This document shows, one piece after another, positions 45,182 to 60,558 of a DNA stretch of 64,000 bases. This DNA is from Vitrella brassicaformis CCMP3155 (Eukaryota > Protista > Chromerida), in the NCBI GenBank assembly GCA_001179505.1, contig CDMY01000316.1:1-64000 (forward strand), written 5' to 3'. The notes under the pieces were generated by a model. The model worked only from the letters and a program-made list of their open reading frames with translations, ran no database searches and had not been told where the DNA came from. Position numbers and translations under genes: made by a program. How positions within the stretch are numbered: position 1 is the first letter of the stretch; every line of letters starts with the position of its first letter.

Positions 45182-48100
45182 TCACGCCTTGATCTGTGTG
45201 TGCGACATGACAACAGCGCGGCACATGGAGCAGGTCGGCTGGCGGTGTCTCTGTCTGGTCCTCCCCCAGCAGCTCACACACATGCACATGTGGCTGCAGG
45301 GATGGAAGACCACACATGGGCGGCGCTCCGTGCACACCACACACTTCTTCTGATCCTCCAGGTCCACCAGCTTCTTCTGACACCGACTGCTGAGTGTGTT
45401 CATCTGGTCCAAGGCGTTGGTCACGTCGCTCAGAGACGAGTTGACGTCAGCCTGCAGCTGGAGGACGGCCTGCTCGTCCACTGCCGTGCGCAGCCGATCA
45501 TCGTATGAGCTGCATACACACACAGGGGTCAGAGGCGCTTTGTCTATGGCTGGCCTTACCTGATGGCCGACACGTTGATGAAGCCGACCTGGGCAGCGCT
45601 CTGTGCGCCCTCCAGCCTGAAAGGGCAATGGACTGATTGCACGTGGGTGTCCATACAGGTATGTGTCTCTCCTCACTGTTTTATTTTTGCGACGGATTCC
45701 TCCTTCTCGCGCCGCAGGTTGGTTAGTTGGGCCTCAAGCCTGATGGAAACCGCCACAGCAATGTCTCACCTGCGCACTTCACGTATCAAGAGACTGACTC
45801 GCGTAGTTTCTCCGTCAGGCCGTGGTTGGTCTTGACGGCACACTCTTTCTCAGCCGTGACAGCCGTGACCATTTGCACCTGGCCCTCTAACCTGATCAGC
45901 AGGCACGTGCACTTGTGCCGATGACATATCTGTAACGTGCATTCGGTCTGTCATCCGTCGCTAGATATGTCTCTGACTTGTTCTGTGACTCCCTCAGTGC
46001 TGCGACGGTCTTCTGCTCCCTCATCAGCCTGCAAGCATTCATACAGTGGCAGGCACACAAACATCGACCGACACCTCACATATAGGTTGAGGTCCTTGTC
46101 ACCCACACCCACGTCTGCTTGAGGTCTTCGTTTTGCGCCTTGAGTCGCTCTATAGCAACACTCATCTTCTTGCTTTTCGTTGCGGCGCTGACCCCGACCA
46201 ATGCCCACACAACAATGGCGGCATGGATGCAGCATGAATACCTCTGTCGCTCCTTGGCAAGGGCTTCGTTAAGGGCCGCCTCTCGCTCAGCCGCCATGGC
46301 CTGGCACTGCTGCAGTAAGTCGTCTTCGGAGGTGGCGTCGGCCCTCGCCTTACCGACGCCGACTTCCCCGCCACTGCCATCCGCACGGACCCGGATGATT
46401 GCACAGATGCCAAGTTATTTGACTCTTATGCTCACTCCTCTGCTGGCACTGTATCGCTTGTCGTGTCTGCAGCCACACCAACACTGCCCTCACTGCCGAA
46501 CACGGCAGAGCAAATCAATCATTGTGTCGTCCCTTCGCGTGACATGCCGTCCGCAACCCTTTTCACTTACAGTGGACTCCCCTTACAATCAACGAGGGTA
46601 CATGTAGCAGCAGCATCGTGTCTCTCCGGTCCGCGCGCCCGTGCGGCGCTCTCACCACCCCCCGCCCTGACAGTTACCGCCCTCCGATGCTGTTTCCTCT
46701 TGGTGCGCTTGACGTTGAGAGTCGCGGACTCTGACCGGGAACAGAGGATCACCAGCTATGGATGTCTAGAGGAATAAGGGCTCTGCTTGTCCCTCGGCTG
46801 ACCTAGAAGTTGCTGGTCGAGGTCAATATCGACTGGACGAGGCTGTGCTACCTGCTTGGTCAGCCATGAGATGAGCGCGCAAGCCCAGGAGCCCAACGAT
46901 AAAGCTGCTGCCGTCAGCCGAGAGGGGGTATTCAAGATTACTCTTCTGAGCTTATGGAATGCCTGCCGAAGCAGCCGTAATGGGTGTTGCCTGGTCAGAG
47001 CCCACAACCACAGGCCAAAGATGACGAGCATGGCGACCACCGCCAGTGGAAAGCAGACGCGGCCCTGTTGGACGGGACCTCGTTGCTCATCCATGTGGGC
47101 CGTAGCCGCCGCCCTTAGCCGTGCCGCCAAATTATGGTGACCCTGTGTGCCAGAAACAAGAATGGCATGTATGAGTTTGCCAGCACGAGGGCGAGTATCG
47201 ACCTGTACCATTGCCTTGGCTATGTCAGCCGGTCTGGTATTCCAGGGGTTAAAGCCAGGTACAGGGAGAGTCGGATTGGCGCCTTTTGCCAGTAGCATGT
47301 CGGCGAGGTCGTGGGCACCACTGAGAGATCGATGCAAGACATATGTATGTCTCGTTGTGTCGCATCCATGTGGAAGTATCCATCTCACTTGAGTGCGGCC
47401 CAGTGTAGGGCTGTGCCCGATTCGCCACAGTCATTGACGTCTGCCCCCCTCGCTATGGCCATCCTTGCGATTTCGACTCGATTCGGAATGTCATCTAAGT
47501 ACTGGGAGTTGTGCCAGACCGCTGCCATCACCAACGGGGTGCCCAGATTGGTACGCGCATGAAGATTCGCTCCATTCTCCAGTAGACATTTGACACACGA
47601 GACACAAGAGCCCTGACAGGGAGGCAACACATAATTCCTGTCATCTGTCTCCGGTCATCTGCCTGTCTCCGGTCATCTGCCTTGTGTCCTTACGTCGAGG
47701 GCAGATTGGTGGAGGGCAGTGGTGTTCGTCACTAGAATCCTCTTGCGAAACGGCGGAGGGAGAGGCTTCTCCTTCCAGGCACTGTCGACCCACTCCGCGA
47801 TCGGGATCGTGGCGTCGATGTCGATACCTACCCATACACAAGACGACATTGTAGTGAGATCAGCTCGTGGGGTCCTTTGCAAGCCTTACCGTAGTCGATT
47901 AGCGTTTGTGTGATGGCAACGCAAACTGCGTAGGGACAGGTGATCAAATTTGTGTGAAGTGCTGTCATGCTCATGTTATTCACGCTGTGCCGGCCATTGA
48001 TGTCCACGCCTTTGGCACCCTCTCTCGTTGTCTCCAGCAGCAGCTGGACAAGCTCAATGTTGCCAGCAATCACCGCATGGTGAAGCACGGATTTGCCCTT

Positions 48101-48492
48101 CTCATCGCGGGCATCGAGGTTGGACACGTGTGGAAGAATCACGGGCACTGTCGACATGGGATATTGGCCATGAACAGCAGCAAACAGGGCCTCCTCCAGC
48201 TCATCGTCGGTCTGATCGCTGTTGAAGGGCGGCAGATGGGAGCGCAACGACGGCACATCGGCCTACATGCAAAAGCAAACACCAGAAAGGTGGGTGTCTG
48301 AACACCATGGGCGGTACATACCGCGTATGCGGCCTTTGCGGCGGGAGTAGATACCCACCAAGGAGCACCATCATGATCATCTGCAAGAGGAACCAGAGGA
48401 ACTCGCAGCTCTTCCTCTCCGAGGCACGTTCCACAGCTCCAGCAGCCCGCGGACCAGACAAGCAGACCGAGTGGCAGGATGCGCCACATCAT
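45182..48492 (-). CDS. Signal peptide-ankyrin-TM-coiled-coil-RING (C3HC4) putative E3 ubiquitin ligase
   Basis: ANK motifs SVLHHAVIAGNIELVQLLL and TALHWAALNGAHDLADMLLAKGANP. TM FPLAVVAMLVIFGLWLWAL. RING CVVC..CVVFHPCSHMCMCVSC..CSMCR. The link across 46375-46570 uses a weak acceptor, so it could be two genes. Confidence 0.75.
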
Positions 48493-49306
48493 GGTAATCG
48501 CATGGGCCTGCATCATCCAAATAAGCATCATTTGGGGAGAGTGAGATGGGGGTCGTGTGTGGGCGTCTTTGGACGGGAGATCTCAGATCGAATCGGTCAA
48601 TTGAACGCGCGGGTCTCTTGCTTCGACAGCAAGTCATTTTGAAAAAGCCCATCCACAGGCACGCACGAACAAAGGCCGCATGCACCAAACAAGACATGTG
48701 TCAGTATGTAGCATAAACGTCTCTATGTATGTATCATGTATATGGTGTGTATGTATGATAAAGCTGCTCGATCGCACATGCAAAAAGAAGGACAAGCGCC
48801 GCACAGCAATGCCGGCCGATGGAAAGACTCACTCGCGGTCACTCAGACACACACGTGAAGACACAAACGGATATGAGAAACTGCCGTGGGCACCACAGCG
48901 AAACAGAGATAGAATGGCATGGCATGGGATGAGATGGCATATATGGCGTGTGTGCACACGGTCCTTGAATTTGAAAGCCACACCAGACAGGCAGCAGACA
49001 GCAAACAGACACGCAGGCAAGGGGTGTGGAGCGGGGCACTGTCGGGACAATCACAATGCACCCGCCGCACAAAGAAAAATCTGATCAGCACGAGTAGTAC
49101 GCCATTAGCAGTAGCACCGCACCTATCCCATCGTCCCATCCCGCAGCACCCACCCAGCCACAAGGGCACCAACAATCACAAACAAAGACCGGCCAACCAT
49201 GGAGAGGAAGAGAGGAGCACGTACCTACCAACAATCCAGCTCTACAGCTACGAAAAAAAGATGAGAACGCATGCTTTTCTTTCCCTCCCGCCCCTTCCCT
49301 CCCCAT

Positions 49307-52300
49307 CTAATGTGTGTCGTGGGCGGCGCTGATGCTGCTGCTGCCGTCGTCCCACCGCACCTTCATCAGCCCTCCCTTGGTGTGCGTCTCCTGCTGTGTG
49401 TCGACGTTCACGTCAGCCAGCACCCCGTCGTCGATGCCCTTGAGGGCGCCATCCACCCGCTCGAGAGAGACCATCAAGGACTGGATCGACACGCGCATCC
49501 CCGACCGCTGCTGCCGCTCCTTCAGGAGGCAGGCGTCGAGGGCCTTCATGTCGTTGGCCAGGCGGTCCCGCTGCACGTTGAGGAGCTCGGTCTCGTTGAG
49601 CAGCACTGCCAGCTCGCCCTCCTGCGTGTGGCACCGACGGGCCAGCTGACGGCGGAGGGTGATGCTCTTGTCGATCTGCATGCATGGAACACACACCCAG
49701 ACAGGAACGCACCGTTCACATCGCTATCATGTGCCGTCCATTGCGATGGGTTCTCACCAGGTGCGTGAGGTTGTCAGCGGCCGCCTTGAGGTCCGCTTCC
49801 GCCCGTCTCATCTCCTCCTTCTTGTGCTCCAGCTGCCCCTCAATCGCCCGCTGGTGGCTCTCCAGCCTTGCAGCCTCCTCACCCACCTTGGCCACCTCCG
49901 CATCCGCCCGCCGACACTCGGCCTGTAGCGTCGCCGCCCGATCGGCCAGCCGATTGGCGTCTGACACCATGGCCAGCTGTGCCTCGATGGTCTGCACCTC
50001 CTTCTGGCCCCGCTGCAGCTCAGCCGAGATCCGCTTGATCTTCTCGGCCAGCTGACGCACCCGATGCGACGAGTCGTCGCTCGTCAGGGCGTCTCGGCGG
50101 GCGAGAAGATGCTCCTCTTTGGTCTGCAGGAGGACGCTGAAGCGCTCGGCGGCCTCGGAGTGGGCTGAGGGGGAGGGGGCCGCCGTGGGGTCAACAGAGA
50201 TAAAGTCCTGCACGCTCTCGTCGGCAACGGCAACGGGCAGCTGCCGGGCATACCACGCCAGGCGGTAGGCCACCTTGTCCGAGTCCGTGGCCGCGTCACT
50301 GTCAGGCGCGGTTTCTTGCTGCCCGTTACTGCCGTTGCTGCTGGAGGCGTGGGATGGCACGTGGGTGGGTGAGGCCAGGCTGTCACGGTCGCCCGTGCCG
50401 CCGCTCCGTGAGCGTGATGAGCGGCGGGTGCTGGGGGAGAAGGTGCCGCGCCACTCGTCGAAGTCGTGCCGCACTCGACGAATGGCGCTGAGGACCGACT
50501 CGACGGTGGCTCTGTCGCTGTCCTTCTGGGCAAGAATCTCCGACGCCTCCTCTTTGGCTGCACACACACACACACACACACACACAGATACAGATGGATT
50601 CTCGCATGTGTGAGGGCCAGTAGTACTGGCATCTTTAATGCGTGTGTTCTCACCGTTAGTGAGTTCATGAAGTCTGGCCTCGAGTTGGTGAGTCTGCTGT
50701 TGCTGGTATGCCAGCTGTGCCTGCAGCTGCGTCCGCCGCCTGGGTGCGTCCTGGATGGACTGCTCGGCCTCCATCCACTTCTCCCTGGCGGCCGTGGAGG
50801 TCCGCTTGACGATCCGGAGGGTCTCGTTGGTCTGCCGCACTGCCTGGCACGCCTGCGTCAGCTGCTTGAGCAGCGAATCGGCCTCCGCCTTGAGGCTGTC
50901 GAGGGAGGTGGCCTTGGCAAGGGCGTCGCTGTGGGCTTGATTGACATGAGCCGCGTCATCTCTGGGAAAGGACATCGACACATCATATGATGTGCGTTTC
51001 GACGGTTTCTGTCGGATGTTGTCAAGTCACTCACCTCAGTCTCGCGATCTCTGCGGCGAAGTCGTTAGCGTTGACGGTGAGGCTGCCCTTGGTCAGCACA
51101 TTGGCCTCCAGCATGGTCCGCAGGCGCGTCAGCACCGCCCGGGTGTGCTGGCTGGCATCCGCCAGCGACTCCCGACCCATCTGGTAGGCCTCCATGCCGT
51201 CCCTCAGGAGCTCCCGCACCTTGCCGCTGCCCATCTCCAGGCTGTCCGTCCTCTCCTTCACCCAGCCCTCCCTCTCAGCCAATTTCTCATGCTCGCTTCG
51301 CAGCAAGTCCCGGTGGCCCTCCTGCTCCTTCTCGCAGTGGCTGAGCAGCACTCTGCTGATGCCCAGCCGCTCCTCGAGAGTCGATACCGGCAGCAGGAAT
51401 GAAGGCGGGCGGATGGTGAGGTGGCTGCTCATCTCGTCAGAATAGTCCGATGACGACGCGGCCGACCGTGCAAGCGCGTCGGCACGCAGGGCTGGAAGGC
51501 GGGGAGCGCGGGGCACCTGGGGGGAGCGGAAGAGATGTGATGGGTCTTCCAAAGGACGCAATGAGGTAGAAGCAGCCGACTGGTGCCTCATGAGAGGGGG
51601 GAGGGGGCTGGACGGCTCGCCAGATGCGGACCATGGGAGGTAGAGAAGCAGCGTGGCCACCAGTGCCGCCACCATCCGCCGTGTCTTGGGAGGCAGGGCG
51701 CTCTCCCCCTCCCCCTCTCCCTCTCCGTGCTCCCCCTCTGTCTGCGTGCTCTTGAGCAGCTGCTCCAGCGGCTGAATGAGCCCCTGACTCGACAAGAGAG
51801 CCGCCGCCTCGCCATTGAGAGTCGATCGCTGTGTGAGAGAGCCCCTGGCCGGCTTGCAAGGGTGCGTGACCAACACGGTCAGCAGCCAGCACACGAAGAG
51901 GGTGATGGCCGGCACTGATGGGGGGTCCTTGAGGAGGGAGGCGATGCGCGCGAGTCCTCTGGGGGAGCAGATCTCGCGGACAGTGTTGTAGTTGAGACCT
52001 GGGTGGTTGTGGAGGGTCTCGGGGAGCAGCTCGAGGGACATGGCGGCGCTGTTGGCTGTGTCTTGTTGGAGGAAACGGTTCTGCTTCAGAAGCGTCGCCA
52101 ACACCACCTGAAGAGACAGAAATTGGACGTATAAGGAACTTTGTGAGCGTGGCTTACCCCGCAGCACAGCCTGGCGTCGATCTGTGGCGACTGGTACAGC
52201 GCCTCTGCAAACACACATACACACACCCAACAAATGCACTCAACTGGTCGGTAGGAGCCGAAGACCACAAGGTGCGTGAATGCTCACACACCAAGTATTT

Positions 52301-54115
52301 CCATGCCGATGCCGTCCTGTTCGGCCAATGCTGCCTGCACCTCAGGCAGACCTAGCGCCAACCACAACACCTGACCTGATGGAAGAATCGATACATGAAC
52401 GACACAACAACAGCAGCGGCAACAGCCGACAATAGGCAGGCAGGCAGGACACACGTAGTTTGGGTTGTCATGCCCGTCTGTCCGCTCACCGAGGGCGCCG
52501 TGGACGACAGCCGTTTTTGGGTCCCGTAAGACGCCGCGAAACTGGGCCAAGCCACCTGTCCTGAAGAAGACCAGAAGGCTGCCGGGACCTGCACACACAA
52601 GGCACACACACATACGTGCGTGTCGTGTCCGTCGTGGCGATACTGCAATAGTTGCGGCGTGACGTACTTGATTCGACTAGCGTCTTGAGGAATGTGGTGG
52701 AAGCGACCACGAGTGGCTGCGGGGGCTGCTCGCCGTCCTTGCAGGCTGTCTCGATCATGGACGTCACGAGCGCTATGGACCCGCCCTCAATCAGATACCG
52801 ACGACCACCTGGATGGACATGCACGGACAAGAATGATTGATAGATACCAAATGCAACGTGTCGGCGGATTGCAATCCTCATACTATGGTGCTTGCTTACC
52901 CTCCTTCCTCACTAGTGCGGTCAAGATCTGGCAGACCAGCGTCTGCTCCTCAACAGAGCCGGTGCGGCCCTGGGGAAAGAAAGGACAGCACAGGTCAGCC
53001 GATTCATGTTGATGGGGTTGCGTCTGCTCACCGCCTGCAGGAGGGCTTCGACTACTGGTGCGTGGCACAGGCGATTGACGTGCACTGGGTTGACGGCGAC
53101 ACTTAGCCAAGGCAGACACACACGCACACACACGTGGGTCCGTGTACCCATGGTTGCATCTAAGAGGCGGCTGTACCGTTTGACATCTAGGAGGCGGTCT
53201 ACGAGTGGGACTCGCGTCTTGGAGCACTGCCAGACAGACAGACAGACAGACGGACGGACGGTCAGACCACACCCACACAGACGGGCGACAAGCGATCTCT
53301 CCCCATTAATGTGGGCCAGCATCTCGCTTGCGTACCACAAATCGCGCCACGGCCATTGTGAAGCTATCGGCACCGATGAACGCCCTGATGCACCCACAGC
53401 GAACGACAGCACACGAATGCATTCACTGGATCGATGACGTCTGTCGTCCATGTGTACCAGAACTTGTCGTTGTTCAAAACATCCTCGACGCGCAACAGAC
53501 GCTGCAAGGGGACAGAGAGAGGTAAGAGGCGCACAAATGGCGTTGATGTGACGTGTGACGAGGATTTGTCCTGCCTGTCTGTCTGTCTGTCTTTACCTGC
53601 AGGTATGTCTGTAGGAGTTTCTGACGTTTCTCGACGAAGTCGTGTTTCATCTTCCCAAAGACCTTCTTGGGCGGCAGGTCGGGCAGCTGAGGGATCCCGC
53701 TCTGACGCAACTGGCAGCATCCATACACACAGACAGACATCCCCACAGACATTCACACGGACGACAGTACACACCGCTCTCTCCTTCTCAATGTGTGTCA
53801 TCTCCTTTGTCATTTTCACCTTGTCATGAAGCTTGACAAAGTTGCGAAAGCGCTTGTGTAGGTTGAATCCCTTGCCGAACGCATCGACCTCAATGGTGTA
53901 CTCCTGCAGTCACACACACGCGCACAAAACGAGCAGTGACCATCACGGCGCCTGTTTTTTCTTATCTTTTCTTCGTTCACCGTGTGTTTGGTGCCCAGGA
54001 GGCCCTTGACGTCCTCGTGTGTGAGAATGCGGGCTGAGAGCGGGAGGTTGGGCCTTGGAGGCCTTCTCGGGATGGGAGGCGGCGGCGGAAAGGGAGATGT
54101 CATGGCGCTCGGCAT
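49307..54115 (-). CDS. PX (Phox) domain protein with helical/ARM-like middle and long C-terminal coiled coil
   Basis: EYTIEVDAFGKGFNLHKRFRNFVKLHDK and LPDLPPKKVFGKMKHDFVEKRQKLLQTYLQ form a PX signature. Heptad-rich exons lie at 49.4-51.4 kb. Confidence 0.85.
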
Positions 54116-54358
54116 CACACGCTGCTTTTTCCTCCCTTATGCGGCGATTCTCTCCGGAAAGCGATTTTACGGAGATTCGCGTCTGCGAGCTTGGCTTGCG
54201 GAGAGGGGAGAAAAGAGGAAAAAACGATAAGGCAGGTTGCCTGCGGGACCAGACTGAGTGCTGAGTGATCTGTGTGCTCAGCTTGCATGGCCATCAGCAA
54301 GTTGACTGGCTGAGGAGAGGCGGAGCAGGGCAGTGATGTGACCGAAGAAGAGCCTTTG

Positions 54359-56467
54359 ATGGCGGATGCAGCTGCTGCGTCACCGCATCCGAGGTCAGCA
54401 CAGCAGCACTCACTTTAAGAATTCAAGATCCACAGGATGCATGTGATGTCATGTGCTGTCTGTTCACACAGTCGCCCCCATTCCCATTTCGTCAGTCTGC
54501 CTGATGCCGTCCTCTTCTCGTGCATCGGCCGGCTTCTCGGCACGCACTCCGTCGTCGGCAGCCTCGGTCGTACGCACTCTCCGCTGCATGCAGCCTCCCG
54601 CCACCCAGACATGCACATCGTCCTGTGCATCAACAGCACCAAGCCAATCCACCTCAGCTCACGGCAGGTGGGCGCCTGGGCTCACACCGTCTCACAGACC
54701 CACCACGCAGTGCTGAATTGCCCGGTGACCGACGGCCTGGTTCTGCTCATCGAGGCGACGCGCAAGAGCCTGGTGGTTCTGGAGGCTGACAGCGTGTGCC
54801 ATGTGTCGTGGCCGAGTGGCGATGTCAAGGGCCTCCTCGTCTTCCCGAGGCTGCGGCGGGTGGCTTTGGGAGGTGCCTGGCTGCCAGTGGGGGAACACCG
54901 CCAATGGGCATCAAGGTAAGTAAGGGAGAGTAGGAGGAAGGCCGCCACAGGCACGCAGGCACATCGGAGCCTTTGTGACCGTTTCTGCGTGTTGTAGGCC
55001 ACGTGAGGTGTGCCTCCGCGACAGGAAGCGTCACCAAATTTGCGGCGACAGCTTTGCGGAAGACACCCGATTGGTGTGGGTGACGGGCAGCCGGTCACTC
55101 GAGGCCATCACACTCATCGACAAGTTCGGCTCGCCAAAGGGCTGGGGCGGGGCCGCCGTGCGGCAGCTGCTGCGGACGCCCTTCCCCCAGACGGCCCTCA
55201 GGGCACTCAAGGGCGTCAGCCTCGACGAGCCCAGCTCACAGCTGGCGAGTGTGTTAGCTGCCAACGGCGTCAAGCTGAGTGAGCTGTCGATGGCCATCAC
55301 CGTGGCTGAGTTGGACACCGACATGGTCAAGGTGAGAACAACGAGGGAGGGAGGGAGGGAGGGAGGGAGAGCAGGGCGTGTGATGGCTGATGTGGCCCAT
55401 GTGTGTGTGTTTCGTGTGTTTGTCAGGCCGTGCACACCATCAGGGCGAGGTGTCTCGCGGTTGGGGCGAGGGAGGACTGGAGCAAGAGCAGCTTCGTCTT
55501 CCCAATCTCGCTCATGTGGGCGTTTTCCTCAGTCGAGTTGCGGCTGTACGAGCCCACCCTCATTTTCCTGGCGGCCATCGCCAAGAAGGCCGTCTTCCCG
55601 ACCGGCCTGGCCATCGCCGAGCATCCCACCGGCTTCCTGCCCCTCTACATCTACCGCCACATGATCAAGCTCTCCTTCTTCAAGGTGACGTGCCTTGCGA
55701 TGGAGGATGGCGACGATGAGTTCCTCGCCGAGCACATCGCCTTGCCTGACGAGCTGCTGTCCGAACTGCCCCGACTTTTTCGCCACGTCACATGTCTGGA
55801 TGTGGGTCGTGGGCTGCACACAAACATGGGCACTGGGGCAGTGAGGAAGGCAATCGAGTCGCTGCCCAAGCTGACAGAGATCAGGCACACAGACCCAGAT
55901 CCTGACGTGTGTCTGCTTCCTTCGTGTCTGCTGGACTGTGGCTCCCACGGCACGCCCCTGCACATCAAGGGCCGTTTTGGCCGCGACCCTTATCATCCTT
56001 TTTACGCACCCTGGATGCTGTGGGGGCTGTGGGACAGTGCTCCAGATCCACCAGCCATTGCACCAGACCAGGGCGGCATACGCTCACGGATTCAGCGGAT
56101 CAGCGTAGAGATGAGGATGGCTTACGATGAGGCTGATGTGTGCGACATGTCAGACAGTGAGATCGGCGAGGAGATCAGCTACGCGCACGCTACCTTCAGC
56201 TGCCCACTGTCTATTAGCCAGGCCATTGAGCAGCTGCCGAGCCTAGAGAGGATCGTCGTTGAGTGCCCTGACTTCTCTGAGAGCGGCGTGACTGCCCGTG
56301 TGTGGATGGATGTCATGTTTGACAAGGGCCTCAACGAAGGCAAGAGAACGCTCCGCCACGTGCTGCACAGCCACGGCTGGCAAGTGTGGTATGCTGAGAC
56401 GAAAGTAGAGTTTTGTCGCCGCTTGAGGGGCCAGAGGCCCATCACGGATTTCTTCCCGCGCCTGTAG
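54359..56467 (+). CDS. Intact F-box-like/LRR-like family protein with a C-terminal PIP box
   Basis: Four phase-compatible exons. N-terminal SLPDAVLFSCIGRLL (F-box-like), LRR-like LPKLTEI and LPSLERIVV, and C-terminus QRPITDFFPRL-TAG. Confidence 0.8.
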
Positions 56468-57413
56468 ATGAGGGTGGATGGATGGCTGTGTACTGTCTAC
56501 GCGACTGCTCTAAGTGCTAGCTTGATGTCTGTATTAGACAGTGAGGTCTCTGCCGGTCGTCACCCCTGCATCATGTCGCTGTGTGTCTAGGCTTCCACGG
56601 TGTCATCCCCCTTGTCTCTCCCCTGTGGTGGGAGAAGCAGGGGCGATGGCGACACGGATGGCTGGACATCACCACGACACGGAAGCGGACCGACCGACAG
56701 ACAAGTGGATAGACACCATGACGTATGGCTTGCTTGCCTTTATTGACGGTGATTGGATGTGTGCGTGACCATGCCGCCAGCAAACAAGATATGAATTAAG
56801 TGGATTTCCACACACACTCGTGCAAACATGATCAAAAGAGTCATCATCACACACACGTCCCTCCACGTATGATGCAGACAGACAGGCAGGGGCAGGGAGA
56901 CAGCTAGCTGCGCCGGCTAAATTACACGCGCAGGCAACGAGCCGCCACTCCCCCATCCATCCATCCATCAGCCATCTGTACGTAAGAAGCATCGTTCGTC
57001 CGTCACACCTTGATTGACTTGACCCCACAAACAACACAACACACCACACCACACGACACGCACAGACGCAGGGGAGGTAGCAAAAGAGGAGGGAAAAGGG
57101 CGGCAGAAGAGAAGAGAAGAGAGCCAAGAAAGAAAGGAGGAAAGAGAAACCACACCACCATCCCTCACTCCCTCCGGCTTCCCCTGCCCGCCTGGGCGGC
57201 CCCTGCCTGCCTCCTTCTACCTAGTCAGTCAATGAATGCAGCCAGCCAGCCAAAAGGGGGTGGGCCGGCCATACGTATTCACACCCAGTCAGCTACCTTC
57301 GACAACCACAACCAACTACTGCACCATGCCATGCGGGGCCCCACCAGCTCACCTTCTGCCCCACCCATCCCATTCCCCCATGTACGAGTCACTCACTCAT
57401 CCACTGCTTCACT

Positions 57414-58893
<1,480 letters not shown>

Positions 58894-59045
58894 CGTGTCA
58901 GATCAAATCACCCTCACGCAAGCCATACGCAGGCCTACCGACTTGTCTTGCTTGCGAGAGATGGCAACGAACGCGAACTCAACGCGAATTCGCAGGTGCG
59001 AGCTTGAAGAGGGTTGCGAGCTTTGTTTGGAAAGAGAAGCAAAGC

Positions 59046-60558
59046 ATGGGTGGGTGTTTGTCGAAGAAGAAGGACAAGGACGTGGCGGCCAGCCAGCCCC
59101 ATACCGCCTGGGACGACGACAATCCCAAACTGTCCGGCCCCAACACGCGCTCCCCCTCGAGGGCGGAAGGCGACAGTCCCGGGCCTCTTAAGGCCAAGGC
59201 GCTGTCAAGCGCGTCGCTCCGCAGTGACAAGGGCGAGCATCCCCACACGGCCCAACAGACACACACGCCTGTGCAGCGGCAGAAGTCGGTGCGGGCCATC
59301 AAGTGGGACGCCTTCTCGTTTGAGAAGATAGCCAGCAACCTGGCGGAGAAGGGATTCGAGCCGCTCGTCAACAAAGAGCACAAGGTAGGCGCCAGATTGC
59401 CGTTGGGTGAGAAACAGGCAGGCATTCCCCTCCTGTCTGTCTGTCTGTCTGTCTGTCTGAGTCATGTAGGTGTTTCGTGTGAAGCAGTACCGTCGGCTGT
59501 GGTGGAACGACATGTACGAGATATGGCTCATGAACTTCTTCGACATGCAGTGGAGCGCCATCCGCATCATCCCACCGCCGACCGTCGAGGCCGAGCACAG
59601 GAGGCAGCCCACATGGCGCCTCAAGAGGGCGAGGAGCAGTCAAGACATCAGGGCGGGCGGGAGAAGCACCGAGAGGAGCCAGCTGCTGGCGGGGCAGTAC
59701 CATGTCTTCAACAGGAAGTTCTGCTTCAACAACGCGGCGCTGAGGAATGAAGTCGTCACCAAGGCCACGCAGAGTGAGTGAGACACATCTAATGAATGAC
59801 GGAAGGACAATAGACAGACACACGCACAGACAGAGACGGAGGGAGGGAGAGAAGAGTGTGTGTCTGGCTGGCTGTGTGTGCTTTGTTCAGAGCTGACAAT
59901 GGTCATCTGCAACACGAGGACATCTGTAAGTGACATGATAAATGAATGACAGAGAGGACAGCTGCAGCGACTATGTGTGTCCCCTGTGTCGTGTTCTGTG
60001 TGTAGGAGTGTTGGGCGTGTGCAGAGATGCCGCTGGATCTGACCCTGGAGCTTGAGACACTGGATCTCATGAAACCTGAAAACGCTGAAGTCAGAACGTG
60101 AGACACACACACACACACACAGACAGAGAGAGAGAGAGAGAGGACAACACAATCCTAATCCATTCATCTCTTCCTCTATGTTTCGCTCACAGCCGCGTGC
60201 CATGGCTGGAAATGCAGCTTGTCGACCCGATGAAACAGATGGTACGCAGCCAGCCAGGCAGCCAGGCAGAAGCACCAGCAGAGACGTGGCTGTGCATCGT
60301 TGTCATGATGTGTGCAGGAGAATGAGATGAAGGCCGGTCACGGCGTCATGACGACTAGTGGTGGTGGCGGCCACAGCCCCATCGGGTCGCCAAGGGGCAG
60401 CACCAAGAAGCGATCCATCCCACACAAGGCAACCAACACAACACACAATCACAGGAAACACAGCAAGGGACGCCGCTTATGTGTTCCTCTGTGTCTCTCT
60501 CTGGGTCTGTCTCTCTCAGAGCAAGTCGGCAAAGATGACCTCCGTGGTGCCTGAGTGA
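59046..60558 (+). CDS. Multi-exon hypothetical protein with an N-terminal myristoylation/palmitoylation motif
   Basis: Starts MGGCLSKKKDKD. Phase-compatible exon 2 VFRVKQYRRLWWNDMYEIW. Probable end SKSAKMTSVVPE-TGA. Confidence 0.75.
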
